From Epithemia pelagica (lineage: Eukaryota; Protista; Bacillariophyta): DNA of 64,000 nucleotides. The notes under the pieces were generated by a model. It was not told where the DNA came from and did not search any database. It saw nothing but the letters and a program-made list of their open reading frames with translations. The position numbers and the translations under genes are program-made. The stretch's first letter is position 1; each line of letters opens with the position of its first letter. Below are positions 12,183-23,741 of the stretch, in pieces. The DNA is taken from the NCBI GenBank assembly GCA_946965045.2, contig OX337234.1, positions 3,286,001-3,350,000 of the forward strand, given 5' to 3'.

Positions 12183-15100
12183 ATGGAGGAAAACGATTCG
12201 GTGGTGTCTTCGGTGGAAGACTTTAGCAGCAAAGACGGTGGAACTGATCCAGAGGTTTCGGATGGCGATGAGGACAGAAAGAACGCCGAAATTGGAGAGG
12301 TAGAAAATCTTATCAAGGAAGAAACGCGGGTTATTTCGACATGGCGGGTGCTTGTTCTTATGGCCATGGTCTTAGCCTCAACCGCAGTGACCTTTGCAAC
12401 ATACGTCATTCTTTCCAATCAAGAGGACAATGACTTTGAGAGATCGGTGAGTAAACCAACAGAATGTTGCAAAGTTGCTTGTCCCACATCACAGTTGTCT
12501 CATTCGATATGTGTTGCAATAACAGTACGACGACTTTGTGTCCACAATCGTCGATTCAACGAATTCCCGGCTTTCCGCTATTCAGTCAAGCTGCAAGGCC
12601 TTCGGGGATCAGTTGATAGCGTCTCAGTTGACTGGGGGTGGCGACGGCTGGCCCTTTTATACAAATGAGCATTTTTCAACTCTGGCCAAGAATGTCGAAG
12701 AACAAACAGGCTCTGTTGGTCTCTGGTTGCTCCCCATCGTGTCTCAACACGAAAAGGTTTCCTGGAACAACTATTCAGTATCCAACGTAGAATCATGGCT
12801 GGCACCAGGAGAGACTTCGGAACCGGACAACGAAGAACTTTTCACACCATTCATACATTACGTGAAGGAGGGTGACGAAACCAAAATCGCAGCTGATTAT
12901 GCTGGTCCCTACATGCCGATTTGGCAAATCGACCCTTTGCCCATAAAGCCCGTTGTCAATCTGGATATGCAGAAGGCTTTTCCGAAACTGGAAGAAAACG
13001 TAAATCTGGCTCGCAGTCTCGGGGAAGGAATTGTCGGGTCAACAGTGCCCCTTAGTTTCATAACACCTTTTTGGCCCTTCTTGATGGAACTTTTGGGAGG
13101 CGACACTAGAGAGCCATTCTCTTCTTTCATCCAACCCCTCTATGATTCTTTCGACGAGACAACGAGACAACTTGTCGGGGTGATTCAATTTGTGCTACCA
13201 TGGGGCACGTTTTTCTCCAACGCCTTGCCTGAAGATGTTCGTGGTATCTACCTTGTCTTGGAAAGTTCTTGCGATGAGTCCAGGACATGGGAGGTTCAAG
13301 GAAAGGACGCCGTGTTTGTCGGAGTTGGTGACCTGCACCAGAACACTTTTGATTCTTATAAAGTTGAGTCGGCCTTCGCCATCTACCGCAACAATGACAT
13401 GGCAAGTGATCTGGGGACACTTCTACACATTGAACATTTATCCCACCCCTGTCTTTGAAGATAACTACAAGACATCCCGGCCAATTATCTACACTGTGGT
13501 AGTTGGCGTCGTCTTTGTCTCGGTTATTGCCGCATTTCTCGCGTATGACTGTTTTCAAAGGAAACGAAACACAAAGGTGATCCTCGCTGCGGCGAATTCA
13601 AATTCCTTGATCATGTCCTTGTTCCCCAGCAACTTCAGGGATCGACTTCTGGAGCCTGTTCAAAAACAAAATGAGAAGAAAAGTAGCATATTGGGTATGA
13701 TGCCTTCCAAGACCAAGCAGCTCGAAAACTTCCTTGAAGTCGGCGGTCATGCGCAGGACGAAGATGGTGTTCACACCGGAGCTATCGGAAGGCCCATTGC
13801 TGACTTCTTCTTGGAGGTGACAGTCATGTTTGCTGACATTACAAACTTTACAGCGTGGTCGTCGGTTCGAGAGCCGTCGGATGTCTTGACACTTTTGGAG
13901 ACTGTCTTTGGTGCACTTGATCGAATTGCAAAGCGACGGGGTGTTTACAAGGTCGAGACAGTTGGTGATTGCTATGTTGCAGTCGCTGGAGTGCCGAATC
14001 CTCGCAGCGATCATGCTTTGGTTATGGCAAAGTTTGCTCGTGACACCATGGTCGCAGTACAAGACCTTGTCAAACGATTGGAGCTGACATTGGGTCCTGA
14101 CACAGGTGAATTGGGTATTCGTATCGGCCTTCACAGTGGACCAGGTAAGCGACTTTGCATGACTCACATTCGACCATATCTTCACATTGGCTCTCTAACG
14201 GCTGCTTTGATTGCCAGTGACCGCGGGGGTCTTGCGTGGAGACCGGGCACGTTACCAATTGTTTGGTGACACCATGAATACAGCGGTAAGCCCTATCTTT
14301 CTGCATGTCGTAAAACAGGACAAACATCTGTAGCACTTGCTAACATCGTTACTGTCTTGTACACAGGCACGAATTGAGAGTACAGGGCATCGAAACCGCA
14401 TTCACATGTCACAAGAGACTGCTGATCTTCTAAAAGCCACTGGAAAAGGTCATTGGGTGAAGGCACGTCAGGATCCCGTTACTGCCAAGGGCAAGGGCAC
14501 TTTGCATACTTTCTGGCTGGATCTCCTGGAAGTGAAGGGAAATTATGGCGGTACATCGTCGTCTAGCTCTGGTGGACAGCAATCGGATGGTGCAGAGCGC
14601 GAATTGCGAACACTTCCGCTTCCCCAAGCCGTTACAGAGAGCAGCAAGTTGAATCGCCTGATTGACTGGCAAGTCGACATGTTTGTGAGTTTGTTGAAGC
14701 AAGTGGTTGCCCGTCGTGGACGCGTGAGTTCTTCTTCCGCTAGCCGCAGAGACGCCATGAATCTTCAGTGGAAGCCCGAGCCTGGAAAAATTTGTTTGGA
14801 TGAAGTGCAGGAAATCATCAAATTGCCAGCCTTCGATGCCCGAGCGTCAAGACAAAAGGAAGATCCATCCAAGATTGACCTTGGTGCGGACGTTACGGCT
14901 CAACTTCGCAACTTTATCACAACCATCGCACGGCTATATCGTCCCAATCATTTCCATAACTTTGCTCACGCCTGTCATGTAACCATGTCTGTCAAGAAGC
15001 TCCTGTCACGGATTGTTGCTCCGGAACACGTGGAAAATGTCGCTCTGCTTGAAGAACAGGACGAACGTCGTCTCCAGGGAAAGATTGCATCGAGCTTGCA

Positions 15101-16211
15101 TGATCACACGTACGGAATCACATCTGATCCTCTCACGCAACTTGCCATTGTGTTTTCTGCCTTGATTCATGATGTGGATCATCTGGGAGTCCCAAATACG
15201 ACCCTCGTTGACGAAAACACCACCTTGGCCTCCAAATATCGCAACAAAAGCGTGGCGGAGCAAAACTCGATTGACATTGCGTGGGATTTGTTGCAAGAAG
15301 AGCAGTTCAAGGAACTTCGTTCCTGTATCTACTCTACCAAATCCGAGTTTGATCGATTCCGACAGTTGGTGGTTCAGGTAAGAATCCGATGACTCTAGGT
15401 ATCATGGACATGTTTCGAGTCGTTTTCTCACGCCACTGGTCTGTGCTTTGGTCGTTGTGACCACCACAGACGGTCCTGGCAACCGATATTGCCGACAAGG
15501 AATTAAAAGTCCTTCGCAATACACGTTGGGATAGTGCCTTTGCCGAGACGGAGCGCGAAGAGAATCCACGCGACACGGTGAACCGAAAGGCAACCATTGT
15601 CATTGAGCATTTGATTCAGGCATCGGATGTGGCTCACACCATGCAGCATTGGTACGGTCATGTTGTTGTGCCTTGTATGTGTGCGTTCTATGAAAGGCCT
15701 CTTTCTCACGGTTGCGTCTTGTTTTCTTTTTCTCGCACAACAGGCACATTTATCGCAAATGGAACGAAAACTTTTTCCGGGAATGTTACCAGGCCTACAA
15801 GGATGGCCGTACCGCCACGAATCCAGCCACGAATTGGTACCAGGGAGAGCTTGGCTTTTTGTCTTTTACATTATCCCCCTGGCCAAGAAATTGAAACGCT
15901 GTGGTGTTTTTGGCGTGGCCAGTGATGAATACTTGAATTATGCTGTCCGGAATCGCAAAGAGTGGCACGATCGTGGACAACAAGTTGTGGAAGAAATGAT
16001 TCAGGCCATTGCTCCCACCAAACCAGCTTCCACCTCGTTCCAGACAGAGACCGAGGCCATACCTTTGACCACCACCACTAACAACATGAACTCTGTTTTG
16101 GAACAGTCTGTGTCCGAGGTTCAATCAGATCGTAAAACTCTTGGTAGCTTGTCACCGGAGCGTGCTCCAAACAGCACAGAAGTGTTTTTGGATGAAGAAA
16201 ACCACGTTTAA
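12183..16211 (+). CDS. Receptor-type guanylyl cyclase-cyclic nucleotide phosphodiesterase fusion (2 TM, CHASE-like ectodomain); exons 12183-12446, 12526-14144, 14218-14285, 14367-15377, 15470-15651, 15744-16211; two apparent 1-nt frameshifts
   Basis: Class III cyclase motifs VMFADITNFTAWS, YKVETVGDCYVAV, RIGLHSGP|VTAGVLRGDRARYQLFGDTMNTA|ARIES; PDE motifs FHNFAH, LIHDVDHLGVPN, ATDI, QASDVAH; frame breaks at 13413-13416 (GGGG) and 15856-15860 (TTTTT). Confidence 0.9.
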
Positions 16212-17406
16212 AGAGACTTGCGCTTCCAAGTCTGGGAGAGATTGTCAGGAAAAAGGGGATGGGGATCAGAGTTGTCACCTTGTTTTCAAAGAGAGAAGAG
16301 TCATTGCATGTTGTTTTCTTGTGCTTTGTACATGGAAAATGAAAAACTATCTACATATTCGAAGTTATAACCAGCTGATAAAAAAACATTCGTTGTCAAA
16401 AAGCATGAAGAGTTGAAGACCATGATGATCAATTGTTCAAAATCATAGAAAAATTGAATGAAAACGGAGGAGAGACGAAATCAGAAAAGACTTCCTCTTG
16501 AAACAAAGAAACAAGTAGGACGTTGCCACATTTCCAGTCTCATTTATGTTTACCTTCCAAATTCAACGCCTCAGGGATTCATCCTTACGCCATTGCCTCG
16601 ATTTCCCCGAATGATCGTCATATATTGTTGGACCCAACGCCATCCTATCGATGGATCTCTCAAGACAAGATACAAGACAGATGCAAAGCCATTGCTGAAG
16701 TTCTTGTTTCGAGTTTCGACCATCGATTTGGATTTTGGATCTTTTTGTCGAACAGTCGCGGATTTTATTCTTGACAGCATCATCCTTTCGATTGTCTTCA
16801 CCCCTGTTAGATAAGTCCTAGCGCTTTGTATGTAAGATCCCATCCAAGACACTTGGTGTCTTGCCTGGTCCCAATCCCGAACGTCTCCTCCAACGCACCT
16901 TTGTACAATAACTTCTACAGTCAACAGTCCGCTTGCAGTCCGCCGGGTGTCTTGTCGCGCCGGATGCTGCATTTTCAACGCATAAGTACATGATAGGGTG
17001 TGATTCCGAGGCGCTCCGGTTCTCGTCCCGCTGCAGTGCATCGATTACACTATAATTAATAGTCCATACTCATTTCTTTATAGTACCCATTTCCGAGAAT
17101 ACGGACTTGGTTGAACTGGGACCCAGCACCCCGTACCCGGTTTGCAGGAGTCCTCGTGGACGACTTCCTTCGAACAACACGATTACACTCGTGACTGAAA
17201 ACAACGAGCCAGTTTCTACACCGTCACAAAATTCTCTCTCTCGTCTTTTTGAGCGAAGGTGGTTGGTGTGCGGTCGTCGTGTTGTTTGTGCTTGGGTCGT
17301 GGAGAGGAGTCTGCATGTCGCCAACCTTTGATGAACCAGAATACGATCTTGCTCTTTTGACGGCCCATCCTCCTTCTTCTGGTCCATATTCATCATCATC
17401 AGTACC

Positions 17407-18890
17407 ATGAGCACCAACACCAACACCAATGACGACAACCAGTACCATATCGTCGAGGATACGCCTCGCATGCGAAGCATGCAGATTAGGGCACCGGATG
17501 CCTCACACATGTTGATCCGGCCACCATCCTACTCCTCCAAGCCCAGCATGGTTGCAAAAGCACCAGTACAACGGATCGTTACTGCCTCACCCATTCCTCC
17601 CGAACAAGCTCATGAACAACAACAAGACGAATGGTGTTTGACATCTCTTTGTCCTGTTCCACCCATTTATGTACTGGAACGCACGCACGTGTGTGTCCAA
17701 AACGAGTCGCTCGATACGGTGACGAATCGCATTTCGGACTGTTGGAGAATGAATTCCATGGCAGCCGTGTACCATTCCAATGAGGTAGGTGGTTGATTCT
17801 TAAAACGGACGACTGATGAGTGATCTAGCAATATCAGTAGAATGCCATGGATGGAACTATATTGTGTCTGATGACCTTTTGATGTGTGGGCTATGCTTGC
17901 TAACTATGCTACGTCTATGCGATGGTTCCTCCTCAGGTGGCAGCGCATGTGGAAACCTCGGACCATGTTCAATTGACGGTTCATGTGTGGCAAGCTACGA
18001 AAAGCAATGGTTTGTTGGTCGAAGTACAAAAGGTTTCGGGATGTGGTTATGCCTATTGTCGAGCGGCCAAGGCCATTCTTCGGGCGGCCAAGGGAATTGG
18101 CCAACCTTCCAACTCTACGACAACTACTGTTCCACCACGCCCTGTTCCACAAGCACCCATGGCACGTTCCTCCACGATTCCACCCATTCCTTCTCGAGGT
18201 TTGGCGCGAGAGGAAGTGACATCCCAGTCGAACGAGTCCGAACAAGCATCATCATCCGAAGAAGAACAAGACGACAGTGTGGACGCCGACACTCGAGAAG
18301 GCTTGTCCATTGCGACAGAATTATTGGCGCAAGAACAAGACGATGCTCGATTGTTGGCGTTGGAAAGTTTGGAACAACTGTCACGGGCCACAACGCAGAA
18401 ATGTTGGGTGGCCAAGTCGATTTTGACCAACGAAATTGGTCGGTCGTTGGTGGAACTCGTGGAGACTCGAGCACCGCCTCCACGACACGAATGGAGTCGT
18501 GAAACGGTTGCTGACAGCCCTGTTCAAAGGATGCAAGACGAATTCCTCACCCGGAAACGCCGCTTTGCCCTGATGGTGTTGTCCAATTGTGTCCAAGCCT
18601 TGGAACAATCGGGCGAATTGGCCTCTCTGCTTCTAGGTGAAGAGGGTAGTCTTTGGACGTCGCCCTCCGTGGTAATGGCCTTGGTGCAAGAAGTTTCGGC
18701 AGCCTCGGAACGACCCCACGAAGCGTGTCAGGCCACGCACTGTTTGCGTGCTCTCTCGACAGCTGTGGGAACAGGGAATTGGGTGCAGAAATGGGGTTTG
18801 TCGGACATTCTCCCACAAGCGCAACAAGTAGGGGCCTTACGACATGTGGAATTGGAACGAGCCTGTCACAAGTTTCGAGGCACCTTGTAG
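17407..18890 (+). CDS. Uncharacterised protein (N-terminal alpha/beta KA1-like region, C-terminal helical/ARM-like region); exons 17407-17784, 17937-18890
   Basis: Two long ORFs joined in phase 0 by a GT-AG intron (17785-17936); fold guess is tentative. Confidence 0.6.
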
Positions 18891-19467
18891 TAGATCTCTT
18901 GAGTATAGAATGGGCACAACCCTATAGTGCTACGGCATGGACTTTTTTCTACTAGAGAAGCGACTCGTCGTGGAAACCAGGGCGACGAAACCTGCATGGT
19001 GGTTTTCTCCTCTCGGAACAAAGACAATGGTCGGTTGTTTGCCCGCACCCGAAAGCACTATACCTTTTTACGGTCCATCCTCATGTGTAACGTCGTGTCG
19101 GTGGTCGACAACATGCACTACCCATCAATTCGACGTATCTATGGTTAGGACTCCTAAGCGGTGAGTAGGAAAAAGAGTGGTGCGTTGACACTTGGTCCGG
19201 TTGTGACTGGGGCAACGCGAAAGCTGGGTCGTTAGAGTTTGGTCATGAATGGCCATAGTGAAGAGACAATGGCGACACTTTGGCGTAGTGGCCGATGGAG
19301 TTGGTCTAACCTTCAAAGTCTCAACAATTGGGCACTTGCGAACTAGACTCCGAAATGTTTTGTGAAATACTCCCAACAATTTGAGCCACCGAAAAAGACT
19401 CCAACGCAAACCTTCTTTCTGGAGCGCTTAGATTTCTCGCTTTTTTCCATTGCTTTGGTTGTTCATC

Positions 19468-21090
19468 ATGGCAGATGACAACATGGACGTCGAAACCAGT
19501 ATTCTGGATAAGATTCACATGGCTAGCGGGAAGCAAGGATTTCCACGACTCCAGAAGTGCACGGTTCAGCTTCCTTGTGAGAATGGACTCACAAACACTG
19601 ACGGTCAGTTGGGTGATACATCAGTGGACAGTTTGGTGGACCTTTCCTTTCTGAATGCGTTACGCGGTGGAGACGATGACTTTGTTCCGGAACGATTGTT
19701 CCTTCATCAGGAAGTGCAGGACATGTTTACGAAGCTCGCTGCCCCTCATGAGAGACGGTTACAGCGGCGCATTCTGACCGGCTCACCAGGGGTTGGAAAA
19801 TCTCTCGTGTTCTTCCTAGCTGCGTTGCAAATTGCGTTTACGATGCAGACAAGGGTTATTTATGTGCGAAACGTGGAAGAGGAAAAACGATTTTCCATCT
19901 TTGTTATGGAAAAGAATCCTGATGGTGGAGGAAAAGTAGATGTCGCGTTTGGTTTAGATATTTCAAAACTTGATGTCGCACAAAATCATGCCGTTTCGAT
20001 GGTTGTTGCCGTCATTCAGGCTAGCGGGCTGAGGGCCATGTGTTTTTACAAAATGGTGGACGGACCCAAACATAATGCTCCGGACTATGATTTTCTGTAC
20101 GGTGATTATGAAGCGCTTTGTACCTCGGGTGGATATCCGGCCCCCAAACAAGCGGCAATCGGTAAAGAGAAAATTCTGGTGATGAGCGGCTGGACCGAGA
20201 AAACGCTGAAATTGGCAATGGGACACCTAAACATTGCGCAAGTCGACAAGAAGTACGAACTAGCTGGAGGTCGGATTCGCTTGGTACTCGTCTCGGAAGA
20301 TGAAATCAAGAGTTGGTTCGACTCGATTATACAAAGTATAGGTCAAGACGCTGTCGTCTTGGCGATTACTTCCGACGTTGCCACAGGATGTTTGGAAATC
20401 GAAGATTGGCTACGAACTCGCTTCTTCGAAGATCAAAATGGAACAATCAACAGTCGGATGATTGTTGATTCGCGATATGCGTTCAATAAATTGAAACAGA
20501 GACTTGGGGTAGCAGAGATACTGGCAGCATACAAACTTGCATGGGGGCTTGAGTTGAAGGCCGCATCCGGTTGGTTCTACGAGGAGATTCTGCATCGGCA
20601 ATGCAAGGAGCTCACAAAACCATTGGATCCGATGATGCCTCCGCGGATCAAGGAGTGGATACATGAAGAGAATATCACTGGTGCTCAGGGAATTGCCTCG
20701 TTGGTGGCGAAATGTAGAGAATCGACTGACATCTACTGGTGCCCTCCCATTTCAAACTTTTGCAACATTGATGCAGCAGTTTACCATCATTCACGGACCC
20801 TCTTGTGTTATCAGTATACTGTCCAAAGCACACACACGTTTGACCGGGGCACCTTCTGGACAGACTTTGTGAACCATCTGGTGATTGGACAGGTGCCTAT
20901 AAAACGTGTACGCGTGGTCTTTGTAACTCCTTTGGAAGTATCGTTTGATTTGCGCCCTCACCCAAGCTACAAAGAGAACGTCTCGACCGGACTGCAGCAA
21001 ATTCCAGTCCGTTTTCTTCATGTCTCTCTGCCTGCCACGAGTTCTATCAACAAAGTCGCGGGAAGTCTGTTGAATGTTAATGAAACATGA
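19468..21090 (+). CDS. Crinkler (CR)-type P-loop NTPase + restriction-endonuclease-fold protein, intronless
   Basis: Walker A ILTGSPGVGKS, Walker B-like KMVDG, LAGGRIR, and C-terminal GWFYEEILH...NIDAAV...YQYTVQSTH resembling the D...QxT...H REase signature of CR proteins. Confidence 0.7.
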   Translation: MADDNMDVETSILDKIHMASGKQGFPRLQKCTVQLPCENGLTNTDGQLGDTSVDSLVDLSFLNALRGGDDDFVPERLFLHQEVQDMFTKLAAPHERRLQRRILTGSPGVGKSLVFFLAALQIAFTMQTRVIYVRNVEEEKRFSIFVMEKNPDGGGKVDVAFGLDISKLDVAQNHAVSMVVAVIQASGLRAMCFYKMVDGPKHNAPDYDFLYGDYEALCTSGGYPAPKQAAIGKEKILVMSGWTEKTLKLAMGHLNIAQVDKKYELAGGRIRLVLVSEDEIKSWFDSIIQSIGQDAVVLAITSDVATGCLEIEDWLRTRFFEDQNGTINSRMIVDSRYAFNKLKQRLGVAEILAAYKLAWGLELKAASGWFYEEILHRQCKELTKPLDPMMPPRIKEWIHEENITGAQGIASLVAKCRESTDIYWCPPISNFCNIDAAVYHHSRTLLCYQYTVQSTHTFDRGTFWTDFVNHLVIGQVPIKRVRVVFVTPLEVSFDLRPHPSYKENVSTGLQQIPVRFLHVSLPATSSINKVAGSLLNVNET

Positions 21091-21938
21091 GCTTTCAAAA
21101 TTGGAGGATTCCACTCTTGGAGCTACTGCACCCAGTCTAGTTCTATACGAATGAATGAACGGATTTGACTCAATCTTTTCTATACAGCACACAAGAATTT
21201 GTGATTGTCATGGGAGGTGTCCACAATTCTCCTCGCCCCAAATTCATGTACGAACATGGCGTACCCGGACGTAGTCGAAACGCAACACTGCACGATGTTT
21301 CTAGGCAGGTAGTTTTGTGACACAATCCCTCGTTTGCCGCAATCTAACGTTGCAGATGCTTCGAATGTCGTACTCAGCGGTCCAATGATCGCGCTATGGT
21401 CCATTCGTTGATGAGGAAGACAACAAGGAAAGTAAGGAAAACTAGATGCAACAATCAAACAAATCGGAAAAATTACTCCTCCCCCCATGATTCCAAACTA
21501 TGTGATGCGACATCGAAATAGGTGTCTAAGACATGTCGGCTGACACGATTCAGTCGCCCTTAGTGACAGATGTTCTGTGTCGAAAAAAGATACCTTCTCT
21601 CACAAAATCAACAAACCCTCGCTTTGTTCGTTCGGATTGACAACTCCAATCATCCTTTTGATGGATCATATGGTTTGGATCTCTGTCCATGGCTATTATT
21701 ATTAGTTTTTCGAGAGAAAGAACTTTTGTGTACGCTGCTCATGGAGCAAAGAACCAGAAAATTGCAATCATCCATCACCATCTGTTTCAAATCCGTTTTG
21801 GAACGATCCACGACAATACCAATCAATCAAGTACACTGTCTTGAAGAAACACGGAGCAAGGAAGCAATTTGTTTCATCATCATCGAGACAACCACGACAC
21901 CACTCCCAAAAGACCAAGTTGCGCACATCAAAAGAGTC

Positions 21939-22380
21939 ATGCCGACCACAACGACCGCCGCTGCCGCTGCGCGTCGAATCGCACACAGGGCCATCCAACC
22001 ACCACAACAACCACAAGACTCGCAGCAATTGTTGATGATTCGCTTGTATCGGACCGCCTTGAAATTGCTTCGAGATTTGAAACACTCCATGGGAACGGCC
22101 GAAACCTTGTCGGTGCACTATCCACCACCACCACCACCACGACAAGCAGGAGCAGGTGCAGCCTTGGCGGAGCAGCCGCACAAAACCCCCCAACAATTTG
22201 TGTCTCATGTGCAGCTGACACTCCCCCAATTGAATCAGTACGTTCGAACCTCGTTTCGAACACCACCACCCGCCACCACAAATCACAACAACAGCCGAGA
22301 TGATTCGTTGATGACTGCGGCGGTTCCCACCGCTATTCAAGGCGTGGCCACGTTGAATACCTTGGTCCAAACCGTCCTGC

Positions 22381-22433
<53 letters not shown>

Positions 22434-22598
22434 CCGACCGCAAAGAACGGCGACGGTCCAAAGACGAGGCAGCATCCATCATTCGAAACACCAAAGGACC
22501 CTACCATCACCACCACCACAACCACAAAGGACAAGGAGGAGGAGGAGCAAATGGAATCGACCCAGCACACCACCACCATCACAAGCGCCCAATCCTAG
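21939..22598 (+). CDS. Small low-complexity protein with a LYR-like motif and polyQ tract; alternative ATG at 21741
   Basis: RLYRTALKLLRDL followed by YVRTSFR resembles the LYR motif; (CAA)n tract near 22380-22432. Confidence 0.5.
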
Positions 22599-23741
22599 CA
22601 CCAAACAAGTGCCGGTCACACCTCTCGCGTCTGCTGCTAGAACAACTCCACACCATGACCACAAGAAGAACAAACGAACGAACGGACGAATCTACCACAA
22701 GAACAAGAAGAAGAAGAAAAAAGCTCATTACACGCAACACCCACACACTGTGGTTTGGGAATGGGTCGTCTGCAGACTCGTGTAGTGTGTGTTTGTGAGT
22801 GTGTCGAAACGGGTATTGCCCACACTCTCGGATCGATTGCCTGTTCCGAATGGTATACGCACCTCTGTTGTGGAGAGTAGTGGGTGTTGTCTGGACCCGG
22901 TACACCTACACATTGGCAGCAATGCCGCCGTTTATGTATTGCAAAAGATATACTTAGGTTGGAGCGCATCCGAGAGACACGACACACAAGAGAACGTAAT
23001 TACCGTATATAGGAGTAAGATAAAACAAACTCGTCTATCGGCAAAGTTGTCCCTGAGCGGATCGCGGCAAGGTGTTTTATCGCATATAGGTCGCTGTTAG
23101 ATCGTCAAAGGAGATTGGGGCAACGACGTACCAGAACGGCTTGCGTAGATACGATGCTTTCTCCATATCTTTGTTCTGTTCTTACCAAAAGGACACGCCA
23201 CCACGGCAGCATCCTGTTGCAGTTCTTCCAGCTGCGTGGTTGTTCTTCTTTTGTTTCGTAGACGGAACGACAACAACAACAACAAAAGCAACAACAGAAC
23301 AACGGCACGCTCCTCACCTCGAGTGTGTGTCATTGCGAGAGAATAGAGAATCCATTCACTGTGTTTGTCTCCCGCCGTGTCCTTCTGTTCGGATTGCTCC
23401 CTTGCTTGTGTGTGGTTTGTGGCTTGCTCTCTCTCGGTGTGGGGGAATCCTGTCGTGGGGGTAGACGACCGATTACGCAACAAGAGCAAGAGGTGTGTTT
23501 TGGGATTTCGGGTCCTTTCTTTCTCGTCGTACTTCCTGGAGCAAGCAATAAAACGTCCGTGGCGTGTCATTTGTAGTGTGTGTGTGGGAGGTAGAGTATC
23601 ACCCATACAAAAAGAGCAACACACACCCTCCAACGTGTGTGTGTCGTCGCAAACGACGAACCACACAAAGGGAACGAATCGATTCAATATACTCGAACAA
23701 GAGCGTGTAGTACCTAGGAGAGTCACGATTGGTTCGCCAGA

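Noticed and set aside
13363-13406. 44-nt GT-AG intron as an explanation of the first GC-PDE frameshift
   Set aside because: Its removal gives the wrong frame, and it is shorter than the other introns here (73-279 nt)
21537-21563. Short hairpin followed by CTTAG after the Crinkler-type gene, resembling a Helitron 3' end; palindrome at 19145-19157 on the other side
   Set aside because: The terminus is not CTRR, the stem is imperfect, and no matching 5' end, TIR or TSD was found
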